From positions 1,832,411-1,896,410 of the forward strand of contig NW_015168046.1 of NCBI RefSeq assembly GCF_001447785.1: a DNA stretch of 64,000 bases, written 5' to 3'. The position numbers and the translations under genes were made by a program. Below the pieces are notes generated by a model, which was not told the origin of the DNA, ran no database searches, and saw nothing but the letters and a program-made list of their open reading frames with translations. This document shows positions 12,707 through 25,417 of the stretch, one piece after another. Numbering within the stretch: the stretch's first letter is position 1; each line of letters begins with the position of its first letter. The DNA is from Gekko japonicus (lineage: Eukaryota).

Positions 12707-13830
12707 TTCATAGAATCATAGTGTTGGAAGGGGCCATACCGGGGTTAAAGTCTCTGTCATCTGCTGATTTATGTATAGAGCCAATTTTTAATTTTTACTG
12801 TATTATATTTTAGTCTTTTAAATTGTTGTATATGCTGTAAGCTGCCCTGAGCCCACTTGTGGGGTAGATTGGGATATAAATCAAATAAATAAATAAATAA
12901 ATCTTCTCTTTGTTCTAGTACCTTTTTTCATACAGGACACATTTTATCTCAATGTTTTCTCATGTGAAGCTGAGTTGTATAGACCCAAATTAGGAACATC
13001 TCAGGAAGTTACATAGAAAGCAAGTATGATTCTGTTTTTGTAAAGAGAATGGATTGGGAGAAAGGCCAGATTTTAAGAGTAGGACTATGTGCACACTGAT
13101 GTTACATGGATTTGTAGTTCTGAGAAGCAGAATGCTAAATCTGAATAAGGATAATAGTTCTCCTTAGTATTATCTGAAAAACAACTGGTGATACTGCAAT
13201 CCAGGATCAAACATTTTACTCCAGTCCCACTCACCCTTTTCTTTAACTTCCTGATTGCTTTAGCTTTTATTCTGCTTTCTTATGTTGTAATTCCAATTTG
13301 ACTTTATATGGATTTTGTATTCTCTGATCTGTAATTAACCTGACTTCCTACTGTCTGTATGTGTGTGTGCATGCGCCAATAAAGACTTTTCTGAAGAAGA
13401 TTGCTTTAGCACCTTGAATATTTTATGGAAAAGAAAAACCATATTCAGCTTTTCAAAGGGTTGATTTTGTTCTAGATAAAGTGCTTACTGCTGCTTTCAG
13501 CAGGGGAAAAATACAACTGATGGAAAGCATCTAGTCCAATGCCCTGCTTAATGCAGGAGAAGCCTAGAGCATCCCTGACAAGTGTTTGTCCAGCCACTGC
13601 TCAAAGACTGCCAGTGAGGGGAAGCTCACCACCTCCCTCAGCCGCTGATTACACTGTTGCACAACTCTTACTGTAAAAAAAGTTTTCCCTAATATCCAGC
13701 CAGTACCTTCCAGTCCTTAATTTAAACCCTTTCTTGTGAGTCCTGTCCTCTGCTGCCAACAGGAACAGCTCCCTGCCCTCCTCTAAGTGACAGCCCTTCA
13801 AATACTTCAAGAGAGCAATCATGTCTCCTC
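12707..13830 (-). mobile_element. CR1 3' fragment split at GGGGCCATAC|CATCTAGTCC by a ~790-bp insert
   Basis: TCATAGAATCATAG tail at 12707; CR1 3' UTR and ORF2 end resume at 13528. Confidence 0.7.
12741..12902 (+). mobile_element. L2 3' tail
   Basis: TGTAAGCTGCCCTGAGCCC...GGGATATAAA(TAAA)n. Confidence 0.75.
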
Positions 13831-15917
13831 AGATGGACAGCAGCTCTCCAGGATCTTAAGTCAAGGTCCTTCATCTACTACCTTTTAGCTGGAGATGCCA
13901 GGAATTGAACATGGGACATTCTTAATGACAAACAGATGCTCGACCACAGAGTCACAGTCCCTCCCAAGTCATAACCATTAGTAGAGTAAGGCAGTAGGAA
14001 GTCTTTTACATTCTTTTAAGCTTTAATTTCATTTTAGAAGTCTATGAATGTTTTAAAAATATTTTAGTCTACATGTAAAGTCATCAGTGTATAATCATCA
14101 GTGTTGACTCTTTAGTTATTGTAGACTTGCTTGAATCCAAATGGCTATGAAAATATACCCGTTCTCTACAGTAACGGGCTAAGTTTGTACAATTGTATAA
14201 GACAGCCTTTCTAAAGAAACTACCATACTTAGAACAATCAGGTATCTCAGCTAGCATGTTCGAATGGGAACAGCTTGACTTGTTGTTCAGCTTGATTCAT
14301 GTCAGTGCCATTGTGCACTGATATTCTTAAATAAGTAGGCTGATGGAAGTCTACTAGCCCACAGATCCCTGGAGCATTCCTCTTCCATAGCTGAAAATGG
14401 GACAGTGTAGCTTGCATGCATTAGACTGCATAGCTTGATCACAGTCCTAGAGTTCTTTTCTTCATCAGAATGCTTCATACACTTTTGCTGTTGATGGATA
14501 TTGGGGTGACTCTGCTTGTGACTGCAGGAAGCCTGAATGCCTTCTACATAACATTTTTTCACTTACAGAACAATTTAATATCTTTGCTCATCTCACAGCA
14601 TCTCTGTACATGGAAAGGTATTGTCTGAATAACCAGTCCTAGGAGTTGGCACCTAAACATACCTGTAAAGATCAACAAACAAAATGTCCTAAGATCTGGT
14701 AATGTGAAGGTAACTTAATCAGGTAAACTGATTAATATTTATTAATGTTTCAACAAATATTATTAGTTACTCTTCCAATTCTAATATTTTGGATAAAAGG
14801 CTATCTAATAGGAGAAGATAACACCTATCTAATTCTAATGGAAGAATATAGTATAAGAATTATGGATGAAAAGCATGGCATAACAATCAATTTCAAATAA
14901 TGTTTTTGTTATATTCCATTATTCCATTTTCAGTGAATGAATGAATGAAGAGTCTTTCCATAGGCATCAATGAGTTTTTTCATGTTCGAATTGCTCAATG
15001 AAACAACATTGCTTTCTGAAACAGAAAAACAATTTTTTTCCTGTGGAAATGTATTTATGCATGATACATTTTCATTGTATTTCAATGCTTTGTTTAGAAT
15101 GCAGCACTACACAGGGTTACTCCAGTCTAAGCCTGTGATAGTTTGGTGTGGTAGGAGACAGCACTAAAATATTTTTGGCAGGGAAACCCCCACACAGCCC
15201 AGTGTCACTCTCCTTATAATGGTAGCATGTATTGATTTTGGAATTAACTGAGGCCTTTGTGCCCACACCATGCTTCCCCATCACAACACCAAGAACACCT
15301 GTGAAAGATGACAACACAATGTTTATTTATTTGTCTGCCAGTGCTTGACACTCAATAGCTTTCTGGTCACCCAACAGCTTTCCAGTCACCCAGAAAGAGT
15401 AGATATGAGATGCATATACCAGTATGTCTCAAACCAGGCTACCACACTAAACAGTCCACTTTCACTCCATTTTGAGGCCACCACACTAAACAGTCCACTT
15501 TCAGCTGGAGCAAGATTCCTACCCTGTATAAGGTACTTCTAAACCCTATCTGACTGAAACCTCAGTTAAACAGCTCTTTAACCATTTGTGCTTCCCCTTT
15601 CCTCCTCCTTCCAAGTGTTCTGAAGGCCCTGGTTTCTCTCCATACCAACAGGGTACAAAGGGGGTAGGTATATACTGGAACAGGGGGTGGAATTGGGTTT
15701 GCCCATCATAAGGTTGACAGGAATGGCCTGGCAACCAGTGGGAGACATGGGGGGGCATCATCAACAGTATGACATAGGTTCTGGGAAAATCTGGAAATGA
15801 TGTTATACCTCTCTAGGAATCCCTGGAAACTCTGTGGTAAAGCCAGAGATATTCCAATGATTCCTAGAGGGGACTGATGTAACTTCTGAGTTTCCCCCAG
15901 AAGTGACATTACCATTG

Positions 15918-16368
15918 TGTCAGACTCCCATCGTATCAACGAAGCACACACTTGTAGAAAAGGTTTTACTTTATTTGAAGCAATAGGTGCATAACAGGAT
16001 CACTGTTCAGAATGAAGCATAAGCATGAAGCCCAATAGATTATAGTAAATTCAAAAAGCTGAGGCCCAATTGCAGGACTTCCCGCGCGCGCCATTGACCC
16101 TGGGAAGCAACGCTTCTAGATAATCATAATACATTTGCTTCTCATGGATAGTACCATGAGATCACCCAAGCTACTTACCCGCCAGCAACCACCTGTGGCC
16201 TTGAGAGATACGGACGTTCCTGCAACTAGGCAATTAAGCGCATCAACAGGCATACATGGGAAAGTGAAAACAGACAAGCACATACATAGAGAATAGGAAA
16301 ACACATTAAGTGAAAGCAGACAAGCGCATACATAGAGAATGGGAAAACACATTGGCAGCTTGCTGACA
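15918..16368 (-). mobile_element. Solo LTR
   Basis: TGTCAG...CTGACA ends, perfect 5-bp TSD CATTG, internal ~46-bp tandem duplication (16262-16353). Confidence 0.85.
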
Positions 16369-18456
16369 CATTGATCCAATGACCATTAAAAAAAAAATCT
16401 CTAACTTCTGCTCAGAGCGGTGGTGGGAAATGAACACTAGCAGTGGAGGGCTGGTATGTCTAGTCTGTCACAAATCTCATTGATTTCAGTTGGCTGAAAT
16501 TAGAGTAACTGCATGAGATTGCACTGCTAATCTTTGAGAATTGCCTACATGGTTACGATAGTACCAATCTCCATCCTCTATTTTATATGTTAATGTATTC
16601 CATGTATTGTGTCTGAATTCCACCTGTCTCTGTATGTAGACCCGTGTCAATGCAGTGCTAGTAGATGTTCATAGATCTGTGCAGTAAGGCTCCAATATGT
16701 CATTCTGACTCAGAAAAGGCAATTATTCTGAATTATACTATAGAGGAGAAAACAGTCTGTACAGTGTTTATGCACATGCACTGTGAACATATTTTTATTA
16801 TACTTCTAACTCCCCTCTCTTCTACCTTAGAAGTGGTGTCCTGTATAAGATTCCCAAGAGGTCTTCTATCCAGCCACTCCAGATGTGCTTAATTTCAGCA
16901 TTGTTGTGTATCATGTGCCTTCCATAATCTGAGAGCATATTGTCAACGCCAGCACTTTCAGCAAGACTAGTCACTTATTTAGACAGAAAGAACCCTCATT
17001 CCTGATATTTCTTTCTTGCCAAACTGGCAACCAGAGTGTTGAAATCTGACTGCCCCAACCATCTGTTTTGGACGTCTTCATGCAGCACGATGTCCACAGA
17101 GCCCATAGCAAAAATCTCTGGACTGAGTTCTGCCTTTTATTTTATTAGCATCAATATTTTCAGGCATCCCTTGGTGTCCACTTTGACAGACTCCAATCTC
17201 AAAAACATCAGAAGAGAGGTGCCAGATGAAGATAACAAAGTGAAAAACCTTTTGTAGAAAAGGGAGCTCCATTTCTTCCAAGAGCATAACAAAATGTTAT
17301 GTAGACTAACACAATTCCAGTTTATGGTTTTGGAAAAGCCATAAAGACTGCATCAGCAGTTTGCAGTGTTCAATACAGCATTAAGGGAGCCAACAATTTG
17401 CTTAAATATGCCTGACACAGATGATATAGTGCTTAAAGGCCAATAGAGTGGCTTTATATTCAGTGCAAGCTCTAAAATGTAAATCAAGCTGCATTTTCTT
17501 ATCATCTACTTTAGGTGCAGTGCCAGAGCCCAAATTCTAAATTACAATATCTTGAAGAGCTTTTTTTTGCCATCAGAGGGGAAAAGGGAGACTGTAACTA
17601 CATAATAGCTATATTGTTGAACAGCATAATTGAATAATAGATGGAAAATATTATTAAAGTGGATAACAGACCAGAATAAGTGTTCTGGGAAGCCACCTTT
17701 AGATCCATTATTGCCACCAATGAGGATGAATCCTATTTCTTGGCGTCTACAGGCCAAATTTTCAAATGGTATAAATGGAGACACATCATCTAAAAGTGCT
17801 AACATTTGCATCTGCTGAAAAATCTGTACAGTTTATTAAGTCTACATTTTGTATTTTCTTTTCATTGGCTTTACATATTTACCCAGGAGTCATTTAGGAG
17901 GGGGTCAGGGGTAAATAGCGGACAACTAGTCCTTTCTATTGTCAGTATGTCCAACACTCGATAGCTGTTAAAATGCTGTTGAACATCTTTCAAACAAATG
18001 CTCTGGGTATATGGGAGGAAACAATATGAATTTACACAAAAATAAAAGAGAAGAGTTTCTGGCCTTAGTTCTAGAGAGCTTTGTGAAGTTTTTCTTTAGT
18101 CCACCCTTGGTTGTCATTATTTACATTGGTCTCTACCTTTTCTCCAAGGAGCTCAAGACAACATGCACGGTTCCACACACACTCTTCATCCTATCCAATA
18201 TCTAGGTTAGGCCAAATTACTTAGGGTCATCCAGTGATATTAATATAGTAATAAGGAACCTGCATCATAGATCCAGCCTTGAAGCAGCTGCTGCCACTTC
18301 TCTGCTGGAACACAAAAACATCTAGTTTTGGCAGATCTCCTGGGGGGAGGTAACTTGGACTCCAAGGACCGGCATCTAAAGGCACATGATCTCCAAAACC
18401 AGCTCCTGCTTGATACTATCGCAGGGCATTCCTCAGCACAGTTTGAAGGGACATTT

Positions 18457-19382
18457 TGGTGGTGGAAAGTGCCATCAAGTCACAGCCGACTTATAGCGAC
18501 CCTTCATGGGGTTTTCAAGGCAAGATATGTTCATGGGTGGTTTATTTATTTTATTTATTTATTTAACATTCGATTTAGTATCCCTCTCGAATCCCTTGGC
18601 TAGGGGTCTCTGAGCGGCTTACAGGTTTGGTGGTGCTAATCACCATTTTTCCCTAACTAGGGCCACAATGTATAGGGGGATGGGACAACCTACTGGCACC
18701 CCCCTATGGTGGTTGTTGTTGCTCTTTCCATCGGCTTGGCTTGGCTCGGGTCGGGTCTCTGGACTGGCGGGTGTTCTTTTCCGGCGTTCGGTGGTGGCTT
18801 CTCTTCCTCTTGAGGCGTGCGGCTCCGCCTGCTTCCGGCCCGGCAACGTCCCTTCCGGTTCCGCTGGGCTGGTGCTTGGCGTCCAAGCACGCTCCTTCTC
18901 CTTTAACGGCAGCTTCGGTGTATTCTTCTCTCGGCCACCAGGGATCGCTCGATGTGCTCCTTCAATCGCGCCCGTCTGCTGCCGCAATGCCACGCCACCA
19001 GGCCGTCTGCACCGAGTCGGTGTTCACCTCCGTCGCCGCCGTCGCCGTCTTTCCAACCAACCATACAGGGTGCCCCCCACCCTTCTAAGGGTGGGTACCC
19101 ATTTATCTACTTGCAATTAGGTTGCTTTCAAAACCGCTGGGTGGGTGGGAGCTGGGACGAAGGTCGAGAGCTCACCTCGACCACGGTGGTACTCAAACAG
19201 CCATAGTGGCTGCTCGGTTGATGTTACAAAGCAGGCGTTTAACTGCCTGCGCCATTGTCTGTCTCTGGATAGCTACCCTGGACTTCCATGATGGTTTCCC
19301 ATCCAAGTACTAATTTGGGTTTACCCTGCTTAGCTTCTGAGATCTGACAAGATAGAGCAAGCATGGGCCATCCAGGTCAGGG
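18457..19382 (-). mobile_element. 5S rRNA-derived SINE (5S-Sauria-like), interrupted by composite SINE A
   Basis: Reverse complement of 19290-19382 gives CCCTGACCTGGATGG...AGATCTCAGAAGCTAAGCAGGG...TTAGTACTTGGATGGGA, matching the 5S internal control region. The body resumes at 18457-18540. Confidence 0.8.
18541..19254 (-). mobile_element. Composite SINE copy A: tRNA/Sauria-type head, variable GC core, L2-type tail
   Basis: The head (TGGCGCAGGCAG...GTGAGCTC...CCCAGCTCCC..CCCAGCGG...AAGTAGATAAATGGGTACC) and 3' part (CATTGTGGCCCTAGTTAGG...TGTAAGCCGCTC...(TAAA)n) align with 39209-39902; the core 18702-19067 does not. Confidence 0.8.
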
Positions 19383-19750
19383 AAAAGGGACATTATAGGG
19401 ATAAGGAAAAACTGGACTCAGAGGAGATACATCTAGCACAGTCCCTTCCAGGGGTCATTTCGAGCAGGAAAGGGCAGGAACGGCGTTACTATAAGTAAGC
19501 TCCTCCCCCTTCCTTTCCCTTCGCCTCACCTCCAAGCGGGGTGAAGGGAAAGGGGGGGAGAAAAAGGGAATCCAGGACTTCTTCTGCCTGACAGAGGGGC
19601 CAGAGCGCCAGCCCCTTTGACAGGCAGAAGTGCCTGGGATCCATTCCTTCCCCCCCTCCTTTCCCATCACCTCACCTCCAAGTGGCAATTTGCCTTCCCT
19701 TCAATGATGGGAGCCTGCCACCCCCCCTGCAACCGGGGAGGATCATTATA

Positions 19751-20050
19751 CCGATCTGGTCCGGATCTTCCTCAGCTAAGAATGTTTTCTCATGAAGATG
19801 TTTTTGGCTGACAAGATCAAAATATTTTGGTGATTTGAACATGACTGAATGGCTAACAACAACAATGTTTTTAATTTCAGAGTTTTTGTAGAAACATCTG
19901 TCTTGTTTGTTTATGGATCCAACTGTCCACAAATTTGGCCACGTCAAGAATTAAATAGATTTATTATGATTGATTTATACTTTGATTTTGTCAGCCAAAC
20001 ACATCTTCATGAGAAAGCATTCTTAGCTGTGGAAGATTCGGACCAGTAGG
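19751..20050. mobile_element. Fold-back MITE with ~70-bp imperfect TIRs (Tc1/mariner-like)
   Basis: CTGGTCCGGATCTTCCTCAGCTAAGAATG...GGCTGACAAGATCAAAA is inverted at ~19975-20046; TA on the left flank. Confidence 0.7.
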
Positions 20051-20819
20051 GAAGCACCTACCCAACTGCCGTCCATCATCAATGGCAGCTGAAAATACAT
20101 TGGGTCAACCCTCACCCATAATAGTAGCAGCACCTGTAGCTATATGAAAGGAATTCTCTCAGTGGCCATTGTTTGTCAACCACATTATTTCCAGCCTTCA
20201 AGAATTTGTTTCTGTCAGTAAAATGTAGGGGGAGAGAGCATGTCAGGCCTGACAGCAGCCACTGGACAACTTGACACCATGCAACTTGCATAACTCATGC
20301 AGGCCCAGCTGCTTGCTGCTGCTCAACAGCCGCTGCCCCAGGAAGTGTTGTGTAGTGGTTAGCATTCCAGACAAGGATTTGGGAGACTCGGGTTTAAATC
20401 TGAGTTGGGAAATACCTGGAGATTTTTGGAGTGGAGCTAGAGTGGTGGGTGTTGCCTTCTGACACATTTCTGGTGATGTCAGGGGGTGTGGCATATGCAA
20501 ATAAGTTATGCTAATGAGCTCCTGCACCACTTTTTCTATGAAATGATCCCTGGTCCCTTCCCATCTTTAAACTCCAGGCTGAAGAAAGCAAGTGGTGAGC
20601 TTGCAATGGCCAGTACAATAGTTCAGTCTATAAAGAATGCTATAGCCTTAAGAAATACATGTATTGATGGTGAAAGTAATTCCTTTCAAATGAATACTGT
20701 CCTTAAGTGCTCCAGTAAAGTTTTGTGAAATCAACCGTCACATTTCTCTCTAAAATCTCTTGTTTGGGTTGGAAGCAAGTCTTAAAACACTGAATTCTTT
20801 ACTTCTGCTATCTATTTAG

Positions 20820-21622
20820 TGAGTAACATTGCAACTAGACCTGTGCTTGCCCTTGAACAAGCGCAGGCGTTTGCCTCCCCCCACATCTTCGAGTGTGATC
20901 ATGAGGGTAGGGGAGCCTATCACGGTCCAGTACGGGAGTGCTGACTGATCAGGGATCATGACCTGGACAAAGATGAGGGCAGCAGCCATCTCTGGACCAT
21001 TCCAGCCAAGGACAAGCTCCCTACCCGCCTGCTGTGTAGACCGTGTGGGGTTAGCCAGTTGCCTGTTTATGGGGCTGAGCAGGAATTTTTTGGGCCTCAC
21101 TCAAATTGGTTGGGAGGGGAGCCTTTTTTCACCTGCTTCACATGGTCCAGGGGAGTACAGCATAAATAGGCCTGGTAACCTGGTTAGGCTCTTTCTGGGA
21201 AGGCAGAAAAGCATGGGTTGAAGGGGTTTATTAGCACTGGCAAGCACCCTAAGATAGCAATGATAGGAGGGGTTCTCAAACTAGGCACCTAGTGGCTTAG
21301 CAGTCCAGGAGACCCAGGTGAGGGACTCTTTGGGGCTGGGGGAGCATATGACGAGCCTCAAGGCTTAGCAGTCATGGGCTGGGAATGTGCTCTTACATCC
21401 CCTATATGCATTGGAAGTACGTCCCATGATGAGTGGGGTACAGAAGGCTTCCGGATTAGGCTCGGAGCCGGGGTGGGTTTGCCCTAAGGAAGCCTGCTTG
21501 CAGGCACAATGCAACCCGTGCTTAATGGATGTAATATTTGCAGATCATCTTATGTGTAAATAAATTCCCAGTTTAACCCATGACTTGTCTTCTGTCTCAT
21601 TTGAGGGATGGGTGGGCATTAA
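20820..21622 (+). mobile_element. Probable solo LTR
   Basis: GC-richer block in AT-rich DNA, TATA-like CATAAATA (~21161) and AATAAA (~21559). Ends are degenerate. Confidence 0.45.
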
Positions 21623-22654
21623 TAAATCCTTGTCCATTCCAGCCATTAAATACTTCTGAGTAAACAAGGCCTTATGTTGCATCCAGAAAAATATTCTTTA
21701 AGTACAGGTCCTTGTTTGTTTGTTTTTAATTTTGAGGCATCTATATCTGAAAAGATCCTTGTATACGGAAAGCTCATGTGCCAAAAATACTTTGGCATGT
21801 TAGCCTTCTACATTCTGGGACACTAGCATTGAGAAACCTCCAAATAAATCATTTCTTTCTCATGCTTTCTACAACTCTGCAGTCTGGTAAGCAGCACAGT
21901 ACAACATGCCAACTTGCACATTAGATTCACCCAAGGCTTTATGTGATCCAGAGGTGGGAATTCAAAAATATTTTTCCATATGCTTTTAATGAATGGAAGA
22001 CTTTATCAAGAAGCCATTATTTGCTGCCATAAGGAGTGTAGCCGGTGGCATTACTAAAACACATTTGTGCTACAATTAAGTTTTCTAAATCCTGAGTACT
22101 GATGAAAAAAGCAAGAAACCTAACTGCAGAGGATTGCTAAAATACAACCATTTTTCTACTTACTTGGTAGATGGTGAAATAACAGGGGAACCCACAAGTA
22201 AGAGAAAGGTATTCTTGATAGATGGATGACAGCCATTTTCAACAAGGGCAGAACTCAGGATGACAACATAGCATTCTGAATAGCAAGGATCACAGAGCTT
22301 AAATGCTCTGTCCATTTATTTATTCATTCATGTATCGATTTCCTTAAAAAAATTCCAGAGTGTCATATGTCTGATAACTATAAATCAGTGACTTGTGGAT
22401 TATTTGTCAGTTAGTTCTATTATGAATTATGCATGTCCAATTGCCTGCTCCTGAACAGTAAAAGAAATGTTTGCTTTTTAGCTTTGTTCTTGAGATATGC
22501 TTTAAAAACATAATTGTCCTATACTCTGCTATTAGCAGAAATTCAAAATGAGCTCCACCAGCTTGTGAAATGGTAGCCTATGCACTGTTGTGCCTTCATG
22601 TTTATGCTCAGCTGTTTGCAAAGATATGCATTTGAGTCAAGGTTTCATTAAAAG

Positions 22655-23200
22655 ATTTATATCAACTCCTCCAGAATCTGCCCAACAAAGCTACCAACAT
22701 AAACGAAAACATCAAAAACACATTTTAAAATAAATTATAACTCAGTAAACTGAAACAAAATGAAATAGCTAGAATACAACACATTATTGGTATTTTAAAA
22801 TCAAAGCAGAGATAAAAGCAAAGAGTCTAAAAGTGGGGAGGCAACAGAGGAAAGGGATAAAATGTAGCTAAAAGCAAGGGCAAACAAAAATATTTTGGCC
22901 TGATGCCTAACAACTAGCAGGAGTGACATTAGGTGAACTTCAAAGGGACAGAGCATTCTATAGGTGGGGTGCAATTACAGAGAAGGCCCATCTTCTGCCT
23001 AGGTCACTTCTTTGAGTAGGGAATAGGTTTGGCAACCATAGTAGGAGAATTTTGCAACCTGGAGTTGGCAATACTAATAGGGGCACCAGGAGCAGTGCTT
23101 GAAATGGGGACCATAAGTGGTGAGCTGAACAGTTGTGGAGGAGGCAGTGTTTATGTTTCCTGATTGTAAGCCATTTAAAGCCTCAAAGGTTGTAATAAGT
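22655..23200 (-). mobile_element. Old L2 3' fragment
   Basis: Reverse of the L2 C-terminus and UTR (AGAGCATTC...GGGGTGCAATTACAGAGAAGGCC; GCCATTTAAAGCCTCAAAGGT). Confidence 0.5.
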
Positions 23201-24986
23201 GCTTGGAATTGTTCCCACTAATGAATAGACACACAGGGCTGCCAACTCCAGCATGGGAAATCCCTTTTTCAAAAGGGGGGGGGTATGACTGTCTCCATGT
23301 TAGCTGTCATTATCCCCTTCATAACAACCTGGACAGAACCTGGCTCACACCTATCAGCAAGAGGGGCAAGGCCAAGTCTAGATGTGGGGGGCCACAAAGT
23401 TACAAGCAACTTGTTCACTTCATCATCCTTCTTCACCAATTGGGACCAGGCTGTGCTCCAATAATATTCTGAGATTGGACCGTAGTCCAAGTTGCAATAC
23501 ATTCACACACAGAAACAGACCCTGATTTAATCAATTAATAATGCCAGCAGTGGTGGAAGTAAGCTGATATGGAGTATTGGTAAGAAAGAGGCCGTAGAGG
23601 TATCTCCCATCCTCTGCCTTGAGTCTGGTCCCCAAAAAGAGTGCAAGTAAAAAATTAAAGTTACTGTCACCTCTGAATACTAGATATTCAATCAAACAGA
23701 ATGTTAACAAGGCTTTCGCAAGAGACCCAAATAGCAGTGACGGATAACAAAAAACAGAGGTTTTCTCAGATAAACAGAGTCACTTGAAGTGTATAAATGC
23801 ACACAGAGTTTACATGAAGGCCCTTCCTTGTTTGAAACAGTGCCAGACTAATAATATAAGTACAGTACTTCTGGAAATTAATTCTGCAGGTAAAAAGCAC
23901 ATGATTCTGGATTTGGGAAATGCTATAGACTCACATTGTTTTGAAAGGTTGCCTGAGATATCCTGCTGTGCTTCTCAAAACCACATACTTGCCTTTTTGT
24001 GTGCCCTGTTTTGACCCTTGCTACTTTGACAAATACATCAAAAGGCTAAACTTTCCAATTTTACCTGATACAGATGAATATATGTGCATCACTGTTTATA
24101 TTTTCATTTTGAAAGTGCTCTGTCCAAAAGGCTTAGAATAGATAACAGCTTTCAATGGAGATACAAAAAATACCCCCAAATCTACAATAATCCTATACAT
24201 TCCTGATCTACAATAACAATATTTTTTTTACCAAAACCACACTTCCTACTTTATCTTTTCAACCTGTTCAGCAACTGTTTTCTCACTGCTATTTTAGCCT
24301 TTCTTCTGGACAAATGACTGTGAATTCATTACTGTCAGGCAGGCATATCCTAATTAGTCACAAGGCTTTCCATGTGTTCCTTCCCATTGTATATCTAGCC
24401 TAATCTTTTCCCTTCCACGGCTTGTGCTGCTTAACCTCTTTTCTCTCCTACGTCATGTGCAGAGCAATCCTTTTCCTCCTGTGTTAACATGCCCAGTAAT
24501 CTGCTTGCAAATGCACCACCTTGCCCTTACACAATGATCCCCATCACCTCAACCTTGCCATATCTTCACATGGTATGAGATTACATGATTAAGATGTATT
24601 TTCAGTCTTGTTTTTGCTGGTTGTAAACCATTCAGACTTTCCCCTCTGCACTTCATAGCATTATGTCAGTACCTTGCTATGGTTTAGATGATGCAGTTTC
24701 CCAGTTATTTCATTTTTTCCAGCAATTCCTTTTAAATATGCTTCCTATGTTCACATGCCATCAGTTTGCCAGTGTACTTTCAGTAGCCAGTGTCTCATTT
24801 TTACCCCAAGAATCATTTTACAATTGCAATAAAGTCTATCTTGTTTTATATACCCTGAAACAGAGAAAATATTGTAGTGGGAATCAGAATAAAGTAGGCA
24901 CAAGATGCTGGGATAGAAAGGCTGCACTTTATTGAAGAACTTGACTAGAAGGCAGCAAAACTCACCTGGCTAGGATGGAGGGGATT

Positions 24987-25417
24987 AGGGTTGGCAACCC
25001 CCACATGGAACCCAGAGATCTCTTGGAATTTCAGAAGATCTCCAACCTACATGTATCGGTTCCCCTGGAGAAAATGGCTGCTTTGAAGGTTGGAGTCTAT
25101 GGAATTATACCCATCCCCTTCCCAAACCCCTCTTTTCCCAGGCTTCACCCCCAGATCTTCGGGAATTTCAAAACCCGGAGCTAGGGTTGCCAGCTCTGAG
25201 TTGGGAAATACCTGGAGATTTTAGGGGTGGAGCCTGGGGAGAGCAGGGTTTGGGGAGGAGAGGGACTTCAGTGGGGTATAATGTCACAGAGTCCACCTTC
25301 CAAAGTGGCCATTTTCTCCAGGTGAACTGATCTTTGTCACCTGGAGGTCTGTTGTAACAGTGGGAGACCTCCAGCCACCACCTGGAGGCTGGCAACCCTA
25401 CTTGGAGCTGGCAACCA
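24987..25417. mobile_element. TAGGGTTGCC hAT MITE hosting a same-family copy in the opposite orientation
   Basis: Outer TAGGGTTGGCAAC...CTGGCAACC; inner element at 25182-25400. Confidence 0.7.
25182..25400. mobile_element. hAT MITE (inner copy)
   Basis: TIR TAGGGTTGCCAGC/GCTGGCAACCCTA; TSD CCCGGAGC/CTTGGAGC. Confidence 0.85.

Larger units (their letters stand above)
12668..13965 (-). mobile_element. tRNA-derived SINE with CR1-type tail, split by a CR1 fragment and a further insert
   Basis: Halves at 12668-12706 (CTGCCTGATACTGAACCAGACCATTGG) and 13830-13965 (GGAGATGCCAGGAATTGAAC, reversed B-box). Confidence 0.55.

Noticed and set aside
18640-19206. Overlapping 60-150 aa ORFs on both strands
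   Set aside because: GC-rich, T-poor sequence lacks stop codons by composition; no domain recognised; lies inside a SINE-like element.
19290-19382. 5S rRNA gene
   Set aside because: Diverged and continuous with a SINE body, so a SINE head rather than a gene.
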